Assembly: GCA_003222205.1 (NCBI GenBank) | Contig: QHVC01000048.1 | Location: 1,470 to 65,469, forward strand | From: Gemmatimonadota bacterium | GTDB lineage: Bacteria > Gemmatimonadota > Gemmatimonadetes > Gemmatimonadales > GWC2-71-9 | Direction of reading: 5' to 3' | Length of the DNA stretch: 64,000 bases | Shown: one piece after another, positions 9,337-17,877 of the stretch | Position numbering within the stretch: position 1 is the stretch's first letter | Layout of the letters: each line of letters opens with the position of its first letter | Program-made: the position numbers and the translations under genes | Notes under the pieces: generated by a model | Database searches by the model: none | The model's input: only the letters and a program-made list of their open reading frames with translations | What the model was told of the DNA's origin: nothing

Positions 9337-9415
9337 GCTTGGCTTATGTTTACGGCCCTCGCCCGGCGGCTCGCGGGGGCGTGCAGCGCAGGCTCTCACA
9401 GAAGGATGTCAGCGG

Positions 9416-9673
9416 ATGGCGACTCGGATTCGGTTGCGGCGCGTCGGGCGCAAAGGACAGGCCTACTTCCGCATCGTCGTGGCGGACCAGCGGTTCCCGC
9501 GGGACGGACGGTTCGTGGCGACGATCGGTCACTACAACCCGCGCAGCACCCCCGCCACGATTCACGTGAACGCCGAGCAGGCGCGCGCCTGGTTGGAGAA
9601 GGGGGCCCAGCCGACGGACACGGTGCGCTCGCTGCTGCGCAAGGCGGGAGTGCTGGCCAAACGGCCCGCATAG
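9416..9673 (+). CDS. rpsP: 30S ribosomal protein S16
   Basis: 85 aa: MATRIRLRRVGRKGQAYFRIVVADQRFPRDGRFVATIGHYNPR... ATG is at 9416 and TAG at 9671-9673. Confidence 0.95.
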   Translation: MATRIRLRRVGRKGQAYFRIVVADQRFPRDGRFVATIGHYNPRSTPATIHVNAEQARAWLEKGAQPTDTVRSLLRKAGVLAKRPA

Positions 9674-9942
9674 TCGGGCGGCTGCGCAAGCCGCACGGGG
9701 AGCACGGGGAAGTGGCGATCCTGCCCCTCGTGGAGAACCCGGGAGAGGTGTTTGCTCCCAAGGCGCGGCTGTACGTCGTCGACGAAGAGCACCGGGTGAT
9801 CGCGGGGCCGCTGGTCGTGGCCCGCCGGCGCGCCTATCACCGCGAGTGGCTGATCGGGTTCGCAGGAGTGCTGGCGCGCGAGGCAGTCGAGCCGTGGCGC
9901 AATCAGCTGGTGGCGGTGCGGGACGGCGATGCTGACGATTAA
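9670..9942 (+). CDS. rimM: 16S rRNA processing protein RimM, N-terminal domain only (start codon unresolved)
   Basis: VGRLRKPHGEHGEVAILPLVENPGEVFAPKARLYVV..HREWLIGFAGVLAREAVEPWRNQLV matches the RimM N-domain pattern (GRIGKPHGxxGEV). Only about 255 nt lie between rpsP and trmD, so there is no room for the PRC-barrel. No ATG/GTG/TTG precedes the conserved motif downstream of rpsP. Confidence 0.65.
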   Translation: MVGRLRKPHGEHGEVAILPLVENPGEVFAPKARLYVVDEEHRVIAGPLVVARRRAYHREWLIGFAGVLAREAVEPWRNQLVAVRDGDADD

Positions 9943-10612
9943 CGTGGTCACGCTGTTCCCGGAAGTATTCGCGGCGCCGCTCGCGGTCAGCATTCCGGCG
10001 CGCGCGGCCGCGGCGGGCGTGGTGAAGTATCGGGTCGTCCCGCTCCGGGATTACACGCACGACCGGCACCATACGGTGGACGACACCCCGTACGGCGGGG
10101 GCGCCGGGATGGTGCTGAAGCCGGAGCCGTTTTTCGAAGCGGTGGAGGATCTCGGGGCGCGGCCCCCGATCGTGCTGCTGTCGGCCCGGGGCCGGGCCTT
10201 TGCGCACCGCGACGCGGTGCGGTTTTCGCTGGGGAATGAGCTGACGTTGCTCTGCGGCCACTACAAGGACGTCGATCAGCGGGTCGCCGACGGCCTCGCG
10301 GCCGAGGAAGTGTCGGTGGGTGACTTCGTGCTCTCGGGCGGGGAACCGGCCGCGCTCTGCGTCATCGATGCCGTGGTGCGGCTGCTGCCTGGAGCCCTGG
10401 GGGACCACGAGTCCGCATCCACCGACTCGCATTACGAGGGGCTGCTCTCGCCCCCCAGCTACACGCGGCCGCCCGAGTATCGCGGCCTCAAGGTCCCCGA
10501 GGTATTGTTGAGCGGCGACCACGCGCGGATCGCGACGTGGCGGCAGGCGGAGGCGGAGCGGCTGACGCGGGAGCGGCGGCCGGACTTGTGGGCGAAACAC
10601 TTAGACGCGTAG
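9929..10612 (+). CDS. trmD: tRNA (guanine37-N1)-methyltransferase
   Basis: 227 aa: [55 protein letters not shown]. Confidence 0.95.
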   Translation: MLTINVVTLFPEVFAAPLAVSIPARAAAAGVVKYRVVPLRDYTHDRHHTVDDTPYGGGAGMVLKPEPFFEAVEDLGARPPIVLLSARGRAFAHRDAVRFSLGNELTLLCGHYKDVDQRVADGLAAEEVSVGDFVLSGGEPAALCVIDAVVRLLPGALGDHESASTDSHYEGLLSPPSYTRPPEYRGLKVPEVLLSGDHARIATWRQAEAERLTRERRPDLWAKHLDA

Positions 10613-10638
10613 TCGCGCAGACGCATAGAGGATACGGT

Positions 10639-11034
10639 ATGGAGCGCATGCGGGAGATCCGGCGGGAAGGGCTCAAGGCCAACGTCACCGCCTTCGATCC
10701 GGGGGACACGGTCCGGGTGATGGTCCGCGTCCGGGAGGGGGAAAAGGAGCGCCTCCAGGCGTTCGAAGGCGTGTGCATCGCCCGCCGTGGCGGCGGCATG
10801 GACGAAACGTTCACGGTCCGCAAGATCTCCGCCGGCGTGGGGGTGGAGCGCATCTTCCCGCTGCATTCGCCGGCGATCGCCGAGGTCGCACTCGTGCGCA
10901 AGGGCCGCGTGCGACGGGCCAAGTTGTACTTCCTGCGCCGGCTCGCGGGCAAGGCTGCGCGCATCCGCGAGCAGCGCGGCGAGGGCGTACCCGGCGGCGA
11001 GTCACCCGAAGCGTCGGAGCAACCCTCGACGTGA
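10639..11034 (+). CDS. rplS: 50S ribosomal protein L19
   Basis: ATG is at 10639. ..[60 protein letters not shown].. is the L19 core. There is an acidic/Pro-rich C-terminal tail. Confidence 0.93.
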   Translation: MERMREIRREGLKANVTAFDPGDTVRVMVRVREGEKERLQAFEGVCIARRGGGMDETFTVRKISAGVGVERIFPLHSPAIAEVALVRKGRVRRAKLYFLRRLAGKAARIREQRGEGVPGGESPEASEQPST

Positions 11035-11657
11035 CGCGACACCGCCGTCCCACGCTCGAGCGCGAAGCGGCGCTCTGGCGCGAGGGACGGCGGCTCGTCG
11101 CCGGCATCGACGAGGTCGGCCGCGGTCCGCTGGCAGGTCCGGTGGTCGCCGCGGCCGTCGTGTTTCCACCCGGGACGAAGCCCCTGCGCGGCCTCGACGA
11201 TTCGAAGCGGCTCACCGCCGCGGCGCGCGCCGAGATCGCCGTCGCCATCCGCGCGCGCGCCCTGGCCATTGGTGTGGGGGCGGCGAGCGTCCACGAGATC
11301 GACCGGCTCAACATCCGCCGCGCCTCGATCCTGGCGATGCGCCGGGCGCTGGATCGGCTGCGCTGTACGCCGGCTTACGTGCTCGTGGACGGCCTGCCGT
11401 GCCCCGAGCTCGGCGTGCCCCATACCGCGATCATCGACGGCGACGCTCGCTGCCAGAGCATCGCGGCCGCGTCCGTCATCGCCAAGACGGTTCGCGATCG
11501 ACTCATGCAGCTGCTCGCCCTCCGCCACCCCGGCTACCTGTGGGAGCGCAACAAGGGCTACAGCACCACGGCTCATCTCGCCGCCTTGGACGCTCACGGC
11601 CTCACCGCCCATCACCGTCTTAGTTTTCAGCCCGTCACCCAGCTCGTCCTGCTGTAG
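11031..11657 (+). CDS. rnhB: ribonuclease HII
   Basis: GTG 11031 overlaps the rplS stop (GTGA). [52 protein letters not shown] are RNase HII motifs. Confidence 0.9.
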   Translation: MTRHRRPTLEREAALWREGRRLVAGIDEVGRGPLAGPVVAAAVVFPPGTKPLRGLDDSKRLTAAARAEIAVAIRARALAIGVGAASVHEIDRLNIRRASILAMRRALDRLRCTPAYVLVDGLPCPELGVPHTAIIDGDARCQSIAAASVIAKTVRDRLMQLLALRHPGYLWERNKGYSTTAHLAALDAHGLTAHHRLSFQPVTQLVLL

Positions 11658-11674
11658 CGCGCCGCCAACCTCGC

Positions 11675-11703
11675 TTGCCAACTCGCCCGGCGGGCGATAC
11701 GCT
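11675..11703 (+). promoter_or_regulatory. weak sigma70-like promoter candidate for the TonB-dependent receptor gene
   Basis: TTGCCA (11675-11680), a 17-nt spacer, then TACGCT (11698-11703). This is sequence resemblance only. Confidence 0.25.
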
Positions 11704-11723
11704 AGCCGTCGCCCGATTTACCC

Positions 11724-14700
11724 GTGGACATCTCCCCAGGAGGCGCTTTCCTCATGCTCAGACCCTTGCATCGGGTCGTTCCGGTCGTGTTGACCGCGCT
11801 GGTGGTGTGCGGTGCCGTGGTTCGGTCGTTGAACGCACAGTCGCAGGCGACGACCGGCATCATCCGCGGTGTCGTACTCGATCCGAATGGAGCCCCGGCG
11901 GTGGGGGCCACGGTGCAGCTGCGGGAGACACAGACCGGATTCCAACGCTCCCTGCGGACCAACGAGCGCGGTGTGTTCGTCGGTCCGTTGCTGCCGCTCG
12001 GGACGTACGACGTGACGGCGCGGGGCGTGGGCTTCGCCGAGACGCGCAAGACCGGCATTCCGCTGCGCCTGGGGGAGACGGTCGACTTGCAGCTCAAGCT
12101 CGGGGCGGTGGAAGTGCAGGGAGTGACCGTCACGGCGACCGAGCCCGTCGTGGATGCCACGCGCATCGAGAATGCGACGCGCTTGCCGGCGCCAGCGATG
12201 ACGGGCCTGCCCAACAACGGCCGCAACTACCTCAACTTCACCTTGCTGACGCCCAACGTCGCCATCGTGCAGGGCCCCGATGGGGACGAGCTCGCTATCG
12301 CGGGACAGCGCGGTATTCACAACAACGTCTCGGTGGACGGCGCCGACTTCAACAACCCGTTCTTCGGCGAGCAGCGCGGCGGCCAGCGGCCGGCGTTCAC
12401 CTTCAACCTCGACGCGGTGCAGGAGGTGGTGGTGGTCGCGGGCGGCGCGAACGCCGAGTTCGGACGCTCCTCGAGCGGGTTCGTCAACGTGATCACGAAG
12501 TCGGGCACGAACCAGCTGCGCGGATCGCTGCACTATTTCGGCAAGTACGACACCTTCTCCTCCGACCCGAGTCACGGGCCGGTGACCTACGTGCCGGATT
12601 TCCGCCAGCACCAGTTCGGGTTCACGCTCGGCGGCCCGATCCAACGCGACCGGTTGTTCTTCTTTGCGGCCTACGATCAGCAGGTCTACGACGAGATCAA
12701 GCAGAAGGACCCGGGGCGCTTCGCCAGCGCGGCGCTGCGCACGTGGATGGATTCGGCCTATAGCGGCGCGTTCGGCGCGGCGCCGCTGCGCCTGGACTAC
12801 GGGCCGATCTCGCGCACCAACGACGCCCGGGCCGCCCTGGTGAAGCTCGACTGGCGGCTCTCCGACCGGCACAATCTGTCGCTCAAGTACAATTACACGT
12901 GGTCCGAGCAGAAGAACGGGACCTTCGACGTGGACACCTGGGGCCGCAGCGCCAACGGCCTCGAGCGCGATTGGTCCAACGCCGTCAACGGCAGCCTCAC
13001 CTCCTTCCTGTCGTCGCGGCTGTCGAACGAGTTCCGGTTCCAGGTCTCGCGCGAGGACCGACCCCGGCCTTACGGCGGGCCGATCAACCCCGCCACCGGC
13101 CGGCCGTTCCCCGACACCGGGATGGACTTCAGCTTCGGGTACCGTTTCGGGATGCCGTTCTTCCTGCCCATCAAGGACCACGACACCCGGCTGCAGGTGC
13201 TGGACAACGTCTCGCTTACGCGTGGCGACCATCTGATCAAGTTCGGCGCCGAGTACAATCGCACGCTGACCAATCAGACGTTCATCGGGTTCGGGAACGG
13301 CCGGATCATTTTCGACGGCGTGCAGGGCTTCCTGAGCTACGTGGACAGCGGACCAAGGTGGGTGGAGTGCTTCAACGACACCACTGGCGTGTTCGTGCGC
13401 AGCAACAGCAACGCGACGTGCGCGGGTGGCACGCACATCGGTGGCCCGGTGCTCCTGTATCTCCAGCAGGCCGGCGTGGGCGGACGCACCGTCGAACAGG
13501 CGGGCACCCAGGAGATCGTGCAGCGCGAGCTGGCAGTGTTCCTCCAGGACACCTGGAAGCCCGATCCCCGGTTGACGCTCAACTACGGACTGCGCTGGGA
13601 GGCGCAGATCGAGCCCGACCCGATCACGCCGCCCGAGTCCGTCTTCTTCAAGCCGTTCATTGGGACGGTCAGCAAGGGCCAGGCGTTCCCGTCGGACGGC
13701 AAGATCCCGTCGGACAAGAATATGTTCCAACCGCGCTTCGGCCTCGCTTACGACGTCGACGGCTCGGGTCGTCAGGTCGTGCGCGCGAGCGCGGGGATCT
13801 ACTACGCGCGGTTCGCGGCGCTCAACCTGGCGAGCGTGCGCAGCACCAACGGCTCGATCGGCCAGACGCTGTTCCGCAACAGCGCACTGATCCCAATCCT
13901 CGGGCCTCCGCCGGCGTACGGCCAGTTGCTCGCGCCGCCGGGCGGGTTGCCGTTCCAGCCGTCGGTGTTCGTCGCCGACAAGCACCTCCAAAACCCGCGC
14001 ACGCTGAACCTGACGCTGGGGTACGAAACGCAGATCGGTGGCGACTTGGGGTTGTCGATCACGGGAACTCACGCCCGCACCGACCACCTGCTGCGGTTCA
14101 TCGACCGCAACGACCCGGCGTTCGGGAGGCCCTGGGCGAATGGGCCCAGTGGTCTGGGGACGCTGACCACGCTGGAGAGCTCGGCGCGCTCGCGGTACTG
14201 GGGCGTCACCTTCGGACTGAAGCGTGTGCTGGACCCGAACTTTCAGTTCCAGCTCAACTACACCCTGTCGTACGACAAGTCGGACGACGACAACGAGCGC
14301 GACCCGTTCTCGTTCCGGTACGCCCGGGCCAGCATCCTAGGGCCGGAATACAACTGGAGCGACCGCGATCAGCGCCACCGCTTCAACGGCTGGATGCTCG
14401 CCCGCGTGGGCGGCTTCTCGATCAACAACCGGCTGAGCATCTACTCGCCCGAGCCGATTTCCGAAAAGTGCGTCAACAACCTGCCCAGCGGCAAGCGCGC
14501 CACGACGCCGCAGGACCGGATCTGCGCCAACGGCACCATCCTGAAGCGCAACACGCTCCGCAAGGACAACGCCTTCTTCTCATGGGACGTGCGCATCTCC
14601 CGGTCGGTCGCGTTCGGCCGCCAGGGTGACCTCGAGGCCATCCTCGAGATTTTCAACGTGACCAACACCGACAACTTCCGAGACCCCGCGGCCACGTCGC

Positions 14701-14783
14701 TGCTCTTCAACTTCGACGGGACGATTCGGTCCGGGCTGGGCGACCCCCGGCAAATGCAGGCGGGAGTGCGGTGGGTGTTCTGA
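11724..14783 (+). CDS. TonB-dependent receptor-like outer-membrane protein with an N-terminal carboxypeptidase-regulatory-like domain
   Basis: 1019 aa starting at GTG 11724 or ATG 11754. It has a signal peptide, then TGIIRGVVLDPNGAPAVGATVQLRETQTGFQRSLRTNERGVFVGPLLPLGTYDV (CarbopepD_reg-like). The barrel is long and beta-rich and ends ..QMQAGVRWVF with a terminal aromatic residue. Confidence 0.8.
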   Translation: MDISPGGAFLMLRPLHRVVPVVLTALVVCGAVVRSLNAQSQATTGIIRGVVLDPNGAPAVGATVQLRETQTGFQRSLRTNERGVFVGPLLPLGTYDVTARGVGFAETRKTGIPLRLGETVDLQLKLGAVEVQGVTVTATEPVVDATRIENATRLPAPAMTGLPNNGRNYLNFTLLTPNVAIVQGPDGDELAIAGQRGIHNNVSVDGADFNNPFFGEQRGGQRPAFTFNLDAVQEVVVVAGGANAEFGRSSSGFVNVITKSGTNQLRGSLHYFGKYDTFSSDPSHGPVTYVPDFRQHQFGFTLGGPIQRDRLFFFAAYDQQVYDEIKQKDPGRFASAALRTWMDSAYSGAFGAAPLRLDYGPISRTNDARAALVKLDWRLSDRHNLSLKYNYTWSEQKNGTFDVDTWGRSANGLERDWSNAVNGSLTSFLSSRLSNEFRFQVSREDRPRPYGGPINPATGRPFPDTGMDFSFGYRFGMPFFLPIKDHDTRLQVLDNVSLTRGDHLIKFGAEYNRTLTNQTFIGFGNGRIIFDGVQGFLSYVDSGPRWVECFNDTTGVFVRSNSNATCAGGTHIGGPVLLYLQQAGVGGRTVEQAGTQEIVQRELAVFLQDTWKPDPRLTLNYGLRWEAQIEPDPITPPESVFFKPFIGTVSKGQAFPSDGKIPSDKNMFQPRFGLAYDVDGSGRQVVRASAGIYYARFAALNLASVRSTNGSIGQTLFRNSALIPILGPPPAYGQLLAPPGGLPFQPSVFVADKHLQNPRTLNLTLGYETQIGGDLGLSITGTHARTDHLLRFIDRNDPAFGRPWANGPSGLGTLTTLESSARSRYWGVTFGLKRVLDPNFQFQLNYTLSYDKSDDDNERDPFSFRYARASILGPEYNWSDRDQRHRFNGWMLARVGGFSINNRLSIYSPEPISEKCVNNLPSGKRATTPQDRICANGTILKRNTLRKDNAFFSWDVRISRSVAFGRQGDLEAILEIFNVTNTDNFRDPAATSLLFNFDGTIRSGLGDPRQMQAGVRWVF

Positions 14784-14821
14784 CCGTCGGACGGCCGGAC
14801 GGTCGGACCGTCGGTCGGTAA
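14782..14821. repeat. tandem octamer array (left arm)
   Basis: GACCGTCG GACGGCCG GACGGTCG GACCGTCG GTCGGTAA, starting inside the TBDR stop codon. Confidence 0.8.
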
Positions 14822-14830
14822 TAGACGGAG

Positions 14831-14854
14831 CGGGGCCCGGAACATCGGGCCCCG
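14831..14854. terminator. hairpin between convergent genes (bidirectional terminator candidate)
   Basis: CGGGGCCCG (14831-14839), loop GAACAT, then CGGGCCCCG (14846-14854), followed by TTCTGC. This is a perfect 9-bp GC stem. Confidence 0.55.
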
Positions 14855-14860
14855 TTCTGC

Positions 14861-14900
14861 GTCAGTCCGACTGTCCGACGGTCAGACCGTCCGTCGCTCC
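14861..14900. repeat. tandem octamer array (right arm)
   Basis: GTCAGTCC GACTGTCC GACGGTCA GACCGTCC GTCGCTCC. It overlaps the last codons and the stop of the minus-strand methyltransferase gene. Confidence 0.8.
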
Positions 14901-15739
14901 AGTAAGGCCACTCCCGAAAACCGCCGGAACTGCTCCCGCGTGCGCTTGGGGTAGAAGCGGCCGATGAAGTTCCACAACCAGGCGAGACGCATCGAGCGCT
15001 TCAGCCGCAGCGACTCCTCCCAGATCGAGCGCCACTCGCGCTCTTGCCACCCGTGCGGCTCGAAGAACCGCGTGCTCTCCTCGGGCGCGAACTGGAACGG
15101 GGCGCCGGCATCCGCCAAAGGGCGCTGCCACGTCTTGAGCATCATTTTCAGCAGCCGCGGCGAGGCGATGTCGAGCAGCCACCAGCGCAGCCCCGCGCCG
15201 GCGAGGTCGTCGGCCAACGCCCCCGCTTGGTCGGCGGTGAGGTAGATGAGCAGGCCTTCCGTGATCGCCAGCACGGGCCCACGCTCGATCGCACGGGCGA
15301 ACAGCGCCCGGCGCCGCTCGGCGTCGCGCAGATCGATCTCCACAAACTCGACCCGGCAGCGCGGCGTCTCCGTCGCCAGCTGAGCGCGCTTGTAAGCGAT
15401 CATGTCCGGGAGGTCGGCATCGAGCCACCGCACATCGCCGGGGAGGGGCAGGCGGAACGGCCGCGTATCGAGGCCGGCCGCCAGGTTCAGCACCGTGCCC
15501 ACGCCGTGGGCGGCGACGGTTCGCAGAATCATCTCGTCGAACACCGCCGTGCGCACGATCATCGGCCAGGCCCACGTGCGGCCCTGTGGCAGGGCCTGCA
15601 CGATCGCTTCGCCCTGCGCGCCCGCGAGGCGCCGGGCGAATGGGTCCTTGAAAATCGCGTCCGGCCGCTCGGTTTCCATCGCGCGGTAGACGGCGACCCA
15701 GCGCGCGGTGTCGGAGATATGGGTGAGCGGAGCGGTCAT
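14882..15739 (-). CDS. class I SAM-dependent methyltransferase (leucine carboxyl / O-methyltransferase family)
   Basis: The ATG at 15739 gives MTAPLTHISDTARWVAVYRAMETERPDAIFKDPFARRLAG..VLNLAAGLDTRPFRL..ITEGLLIYL. The longer track ORF (to 15955) would run through tRNA-Lys and is rejected. Confidence 0.8.
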   Translation of the reverse strand: MTAPLTHISDTARWVAVYRAMETERPDAIFKDPFARRLAGAQGEAIVQALPQGRTWAWPMIVRTAVFDEMILRTVAAHGVGTVLNLAAGLDTRPFRLPLPGDVRWLDADLPDMIAYKRAQLATETPRCRVEFVEIDLRDAERRRALFARAIERGPVLAITEGLLIYLTADQAGALADDLAGAGLRWWLLDIASPRLLKMMLKTWQRPLADAGAPFQFAPEESTRFFEPHGWQEREWRSIWEESLRLKRSMRLAWLWNFIGRFYPKRTREQFRRFSGVALLERRTV

Positions 15740-15755
15740 GGTCGCCGAAGCTAGC

Positions 15756-15784
15756 TTGAGAACGGGCGCGCAGGAAGCGATGTT
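15756..15784 (+). promoter_or_regulatory. promoter candidate for tRNA-Lys
   Basis: TTGAGA (15756-15761), a 17-nt spacer, then GATGTT (15779-15784). The mature tRNA 5' end lies 10 nt downstream. Confidence 0.3.
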
Positions 15785-15793
15785 TCGCTCCCC

Positions 15794-15866
<73 letters not shown>

Positions 15867-15933
15867 TCGCCATCGCGCGACAGTTCGGGAGTTGAAACGC
15901 ACGCGCTACGGCCCCAGATTCCTTCGGCACTGG

Positions 15934-15957
15934 GGGTGGGGTCCTCGGGCCCCACCC
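15934..15957 (+). terminator. hairpin downstream of tRNA-Lys
   Basis: GGGTGGGG (15934-15941) pairs with CCCCACCC (15950-15957) around an 8-nt loop, followed by TCGTCGTTTGT. Confidence 0.35.
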
Positions 15958-15992
15958 TCGTCGTTTGTCCCCCCTTGGCGCGGAGACGACCG

Positions 15993-16853
15993 GTGAGCTT
16001 GATCTGGATCGACGGCCACTACCACGACCGCGCCACCGCCATGGTCTCCGTCTTCGACCACGGCCTGCTCTACGGCGACGGCGTCTTCGAAGGCATCCGC
16101 GCCTACAATGGCCGGATCTTCCGGTTGGACCGCCACCTCGAGCGGCTGTACGGCTCCGCGAAAGGCATCTGGCTGGACGTGCCCTTGCCGGCGGCCGAGC
16201 TGGGGCGCGTCGTCGAAGAGGCCGTGGGAAAAAGCGGCATCAAGGACGCCTACATCCGACTGGTGGTCACTCGCGGGGTCGGAGATCTGGGGCTCGACCC
16301 CCGCAAATGTCCCAAGCCCACCGTCATCTGCATCGTCGACACGATCAAGCTGTGGCCCCAGGAGAGCTACGAACGCGGACTCACCGCCCTCACCGCCGCC
16401 ACCCCGATCAACCACCGCGAGAGTCTCTCCCCCCGGATCAAGTCGCTCAACTATCTCTCCCACATCCTCGCCAAGGTCGAGGGCATCGCCGCAGGCGTGG
16501 ACGAGGTGATCATGCTGGACAGCTCCGGCTACGTCGCCGAGGCGAGCGGGATGAACCTGGGAATGGTCAAGCGCGGAGTGGTGCGCACGCCGCCGCCCTA
16601 TGCCGGTATCCTCCGCGGCGTCACCCGCGACGCCATCCTCGAGCTGGCCCGTGAAGCGGGCTACGGGGTCGACGAGAGCCCCCTCAACCGCTACGACCTC
16701 TATACGGCGGACGAGGTATTCCTCACAGGGACGGCCGCGGAAGTCGTGGGCGTCGCCAAGCTCGACGGCCGGGTCATCGGCACGGGGAAGGCCGGCCCGG
16801 TCACACGGGATCTGTTCGCCCGTTTCCGGGCGCTCGCCACGCGCGGTGACTGA
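15993..16853 (+). CDS. ilvE: branched-chain amino acid aminotransferase (class IV PLP enzyme)
   Basis: GTG 15993 gives VSLIWIDGHYHDRATAMVSVFDHGLLYGDGVFEGIRAYNGRIFRLDRHLERLYGSAK.., followed by ..KSLNYL..GYVAE..TPPPYAGILRGVTR.. Confidence 0.8.
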   Translation: MSLIWIDGHYHDRATAMVSVFDHGLLYGDGVFEGIRAYNGRIFRLDRHLERLYGSAKGIWLDVPLPAAELGRVVEEAVGKSGIKDAYIRLVVTRGVGDLGLDPRKCPKPTVICIVDTIKLWPQESYERGLTALTAATPINHRESLSPRIKSLNYLSHILAKVEGIAAGVDEVIMLDSSGYVAEASGMNLGMVKRGVVRTPPPYAGILRGVTRDAILELAREAGYGVDESPLNRYDLYTADEVFLTGTAAEVVGVAKLDGRVIGTGKAGPVTRDLFARFRALATRGD

Positions 16854-16875
16854 CTGCGCCTCTACGCCTCAAACC

Positions 16876-16904
16876 TTGACGAGACTTTAACTTACACGAA
16901 TATT
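16876..16904 (+). promoter_or_regulatory. sigma70-like promoter candidate for the small-ORF/MltD operon
   Basis: TTGACG (16876-16881), a 17-nt spacer, then AATATT (16899-16904), in a locally AT-rich 90-nt gap. GGAGG (16934-16938) lies 6 nt before ATG 16945. Confidence 0.45.
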
Positions 16905-16944
16905 GGGCGGTCTTTTTGCGGCCTTCGGCGGGCGGAGGTGATGT

Positions 16945-17196
16945 ATGCCATGGCGGGTGATCGCTCATGACAACCAGGTTTGGCATGTGGAGGCCGTGGC
17001 GGAGCGCCGCGCGCACACGCAGGCGTGGCAGCTGGTGCTGACGTTTCGCGCTGCCGCCGAGCGGCCCCGCGGCCGGTCGTTGTGGACGCTGTTCCCGCTC
17101 GAGGCGACCTCGAAGTCCGCACTGTTCATCCAAGCGGAGCGGATCCCTGACGCCGCCCTGGCCCAGGTGTTGTCGGAGCGGCTGGGGCACGCGTGA
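16945..17196 (+). CDS. hypothetical protein (83 aa)
   Basis: It has a good SD and ATG, and its stop overlaps the next start (GTGA). The sequence is MPWRVIAHDNQVWHVEAVAERRAHTQAWQLVLTFRAAAERPRGRSLWTLFPLEATSKSALFIQAERIPDAALAQVLSERLGHA. I recognise no family. Confidence 0.55.
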   Translation: MPWRVIAHDNQVWHVEAVAERRAHTQAWQLVLTFRAAAERPRGRSLWTLFPLEATSKSALFIQAERIPDAALAQVLSERLGHA

Positions 17197-17441
17197 GTCC
17201 GGTCGAGCTGCAGGATCTGCGGCGCATCGTCGGCGCGGTGGCGCGGCTGCGGGGCGAAACGGTGCGGGAAGTCACGGTGCGCTCCGACCTGCGGCACGTG
17301 AAGGTGGAGTTGCAGTCGGGGCTGATCCTGGTTGTGTCGGCCGAGCGCGACCAGCACGGACGCCCGTACCTCGAGGTCGACGTGGTCGCCGCGCCGCACG
17401 ACGCGTCCGCCCGACAACAGATCGAAGTCCGGTTCGATTGA
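17193..17441 (+). CDS. hypothetical protein (82 aa)
   Basis: GTG 17193 overlaps the upstream stop. The sequence is MSPVELQDLRRIVGAVARLRGETVREVTVRSDLRHVKVELQSGLILVVSAERDQHGRPYLEVDVVAAPHDASARQQIEVRFD. I recognise no family. Confidence 0.5.
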   Translation: MSPVELQDLRRIVGAVARLRGETVREVTVRSDLRHVKVELQSGLILVVSAERDQHGRPYLEVDVVAAPHDASARQQIEVRFD

Positions 17442-17451
17442 TGGAGGAACG

Positions 17452-17877
17452 GTGGCGGGGCCGACGGTCGGTTCGAGCACGGGACGGCTGAAGTTTCAGG
17501 ACTTCGAATTCCGGCGCCTCGCGAGCGGGCGGTGCCGGGCCAGGGTGGTGCTGGCGTGGGCCGACGGCCGGCAGTTCGTGGGGGAATCCGAGGGTGTGAC
17601 TTCCCAGGCCGGTGAGCTGCGCTGCTGCGCGGTGGCGGCGGTCCAGGCGCTCGAGCAGGCGGTGGACGCGAAGCTGGGCTTCGAATTGCTCGGGGTGAAG
17701 GCCGTACGCGCCTTCGACGCCACGGTCGTAATCGTGTCGCTCTCGGCGCGCCAGGAGGAAACGGCGTCCCGGCTCGTGGGGTCGTTTCTCAGCGAGAACG
17801 ACCCGCCGCGCGGCGCGGCCCTGGCGGTGCTGAACGCCACGAACCGTATTCTGGGGAACTATTTCGCGACGCGATGA
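17452..17877 (+). CDS. hypothetical protein (141 aa)
   Basis: GTG 17452 is preceded by GGAGG (17443-17447). Two alpha/beta-looking halves are visible: ..RCRARVVLAWADGRQFVGESEGVTSQAGELRCCAVAAVQALEQAV.. and ..VVIVSLSARQEETASRLVGSFLSENDPPRGAALAVLNATNRIL. The stop overlaps the MltD-like start (ATGA). The track ORF start at 17332 overlaps the previous gene. Confidence 0.5.
   Translation: MAGPTVGSSTGRLKFQDFEFRRLASGRCRARVVLAWADGRQFVGESEGVTSQAGELRCCAVAAVQALEQAVDAKLGFELLGVKAVRAFDATVVIVSLSARQEETASRLVGSFLSENDPPRGAALAVLNATNRILGNYFATR

Noticed and set aside
9346-9942. 198-aa ORF as a full-length RimM.
   Set aside because: Its first ~108 codons are the +2 shadow of rpsP and look like Arg/Gly/Ala noise. 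Only the part after the rpsP stop resembles RimM.
16945-17441. Toxin-antitoxin pair, suggested by two overlapping ~82-aa ORFs.
   Set aside because: There is no recognisable toxin or antitoxin fold or motif (RHH, HTH, PIN, RelE, MazF). The ORFs are also coupled onward to a third ORF and a lytic transglycosylase, which is not a TA layout. This cannot be fully excluded without a profile search.
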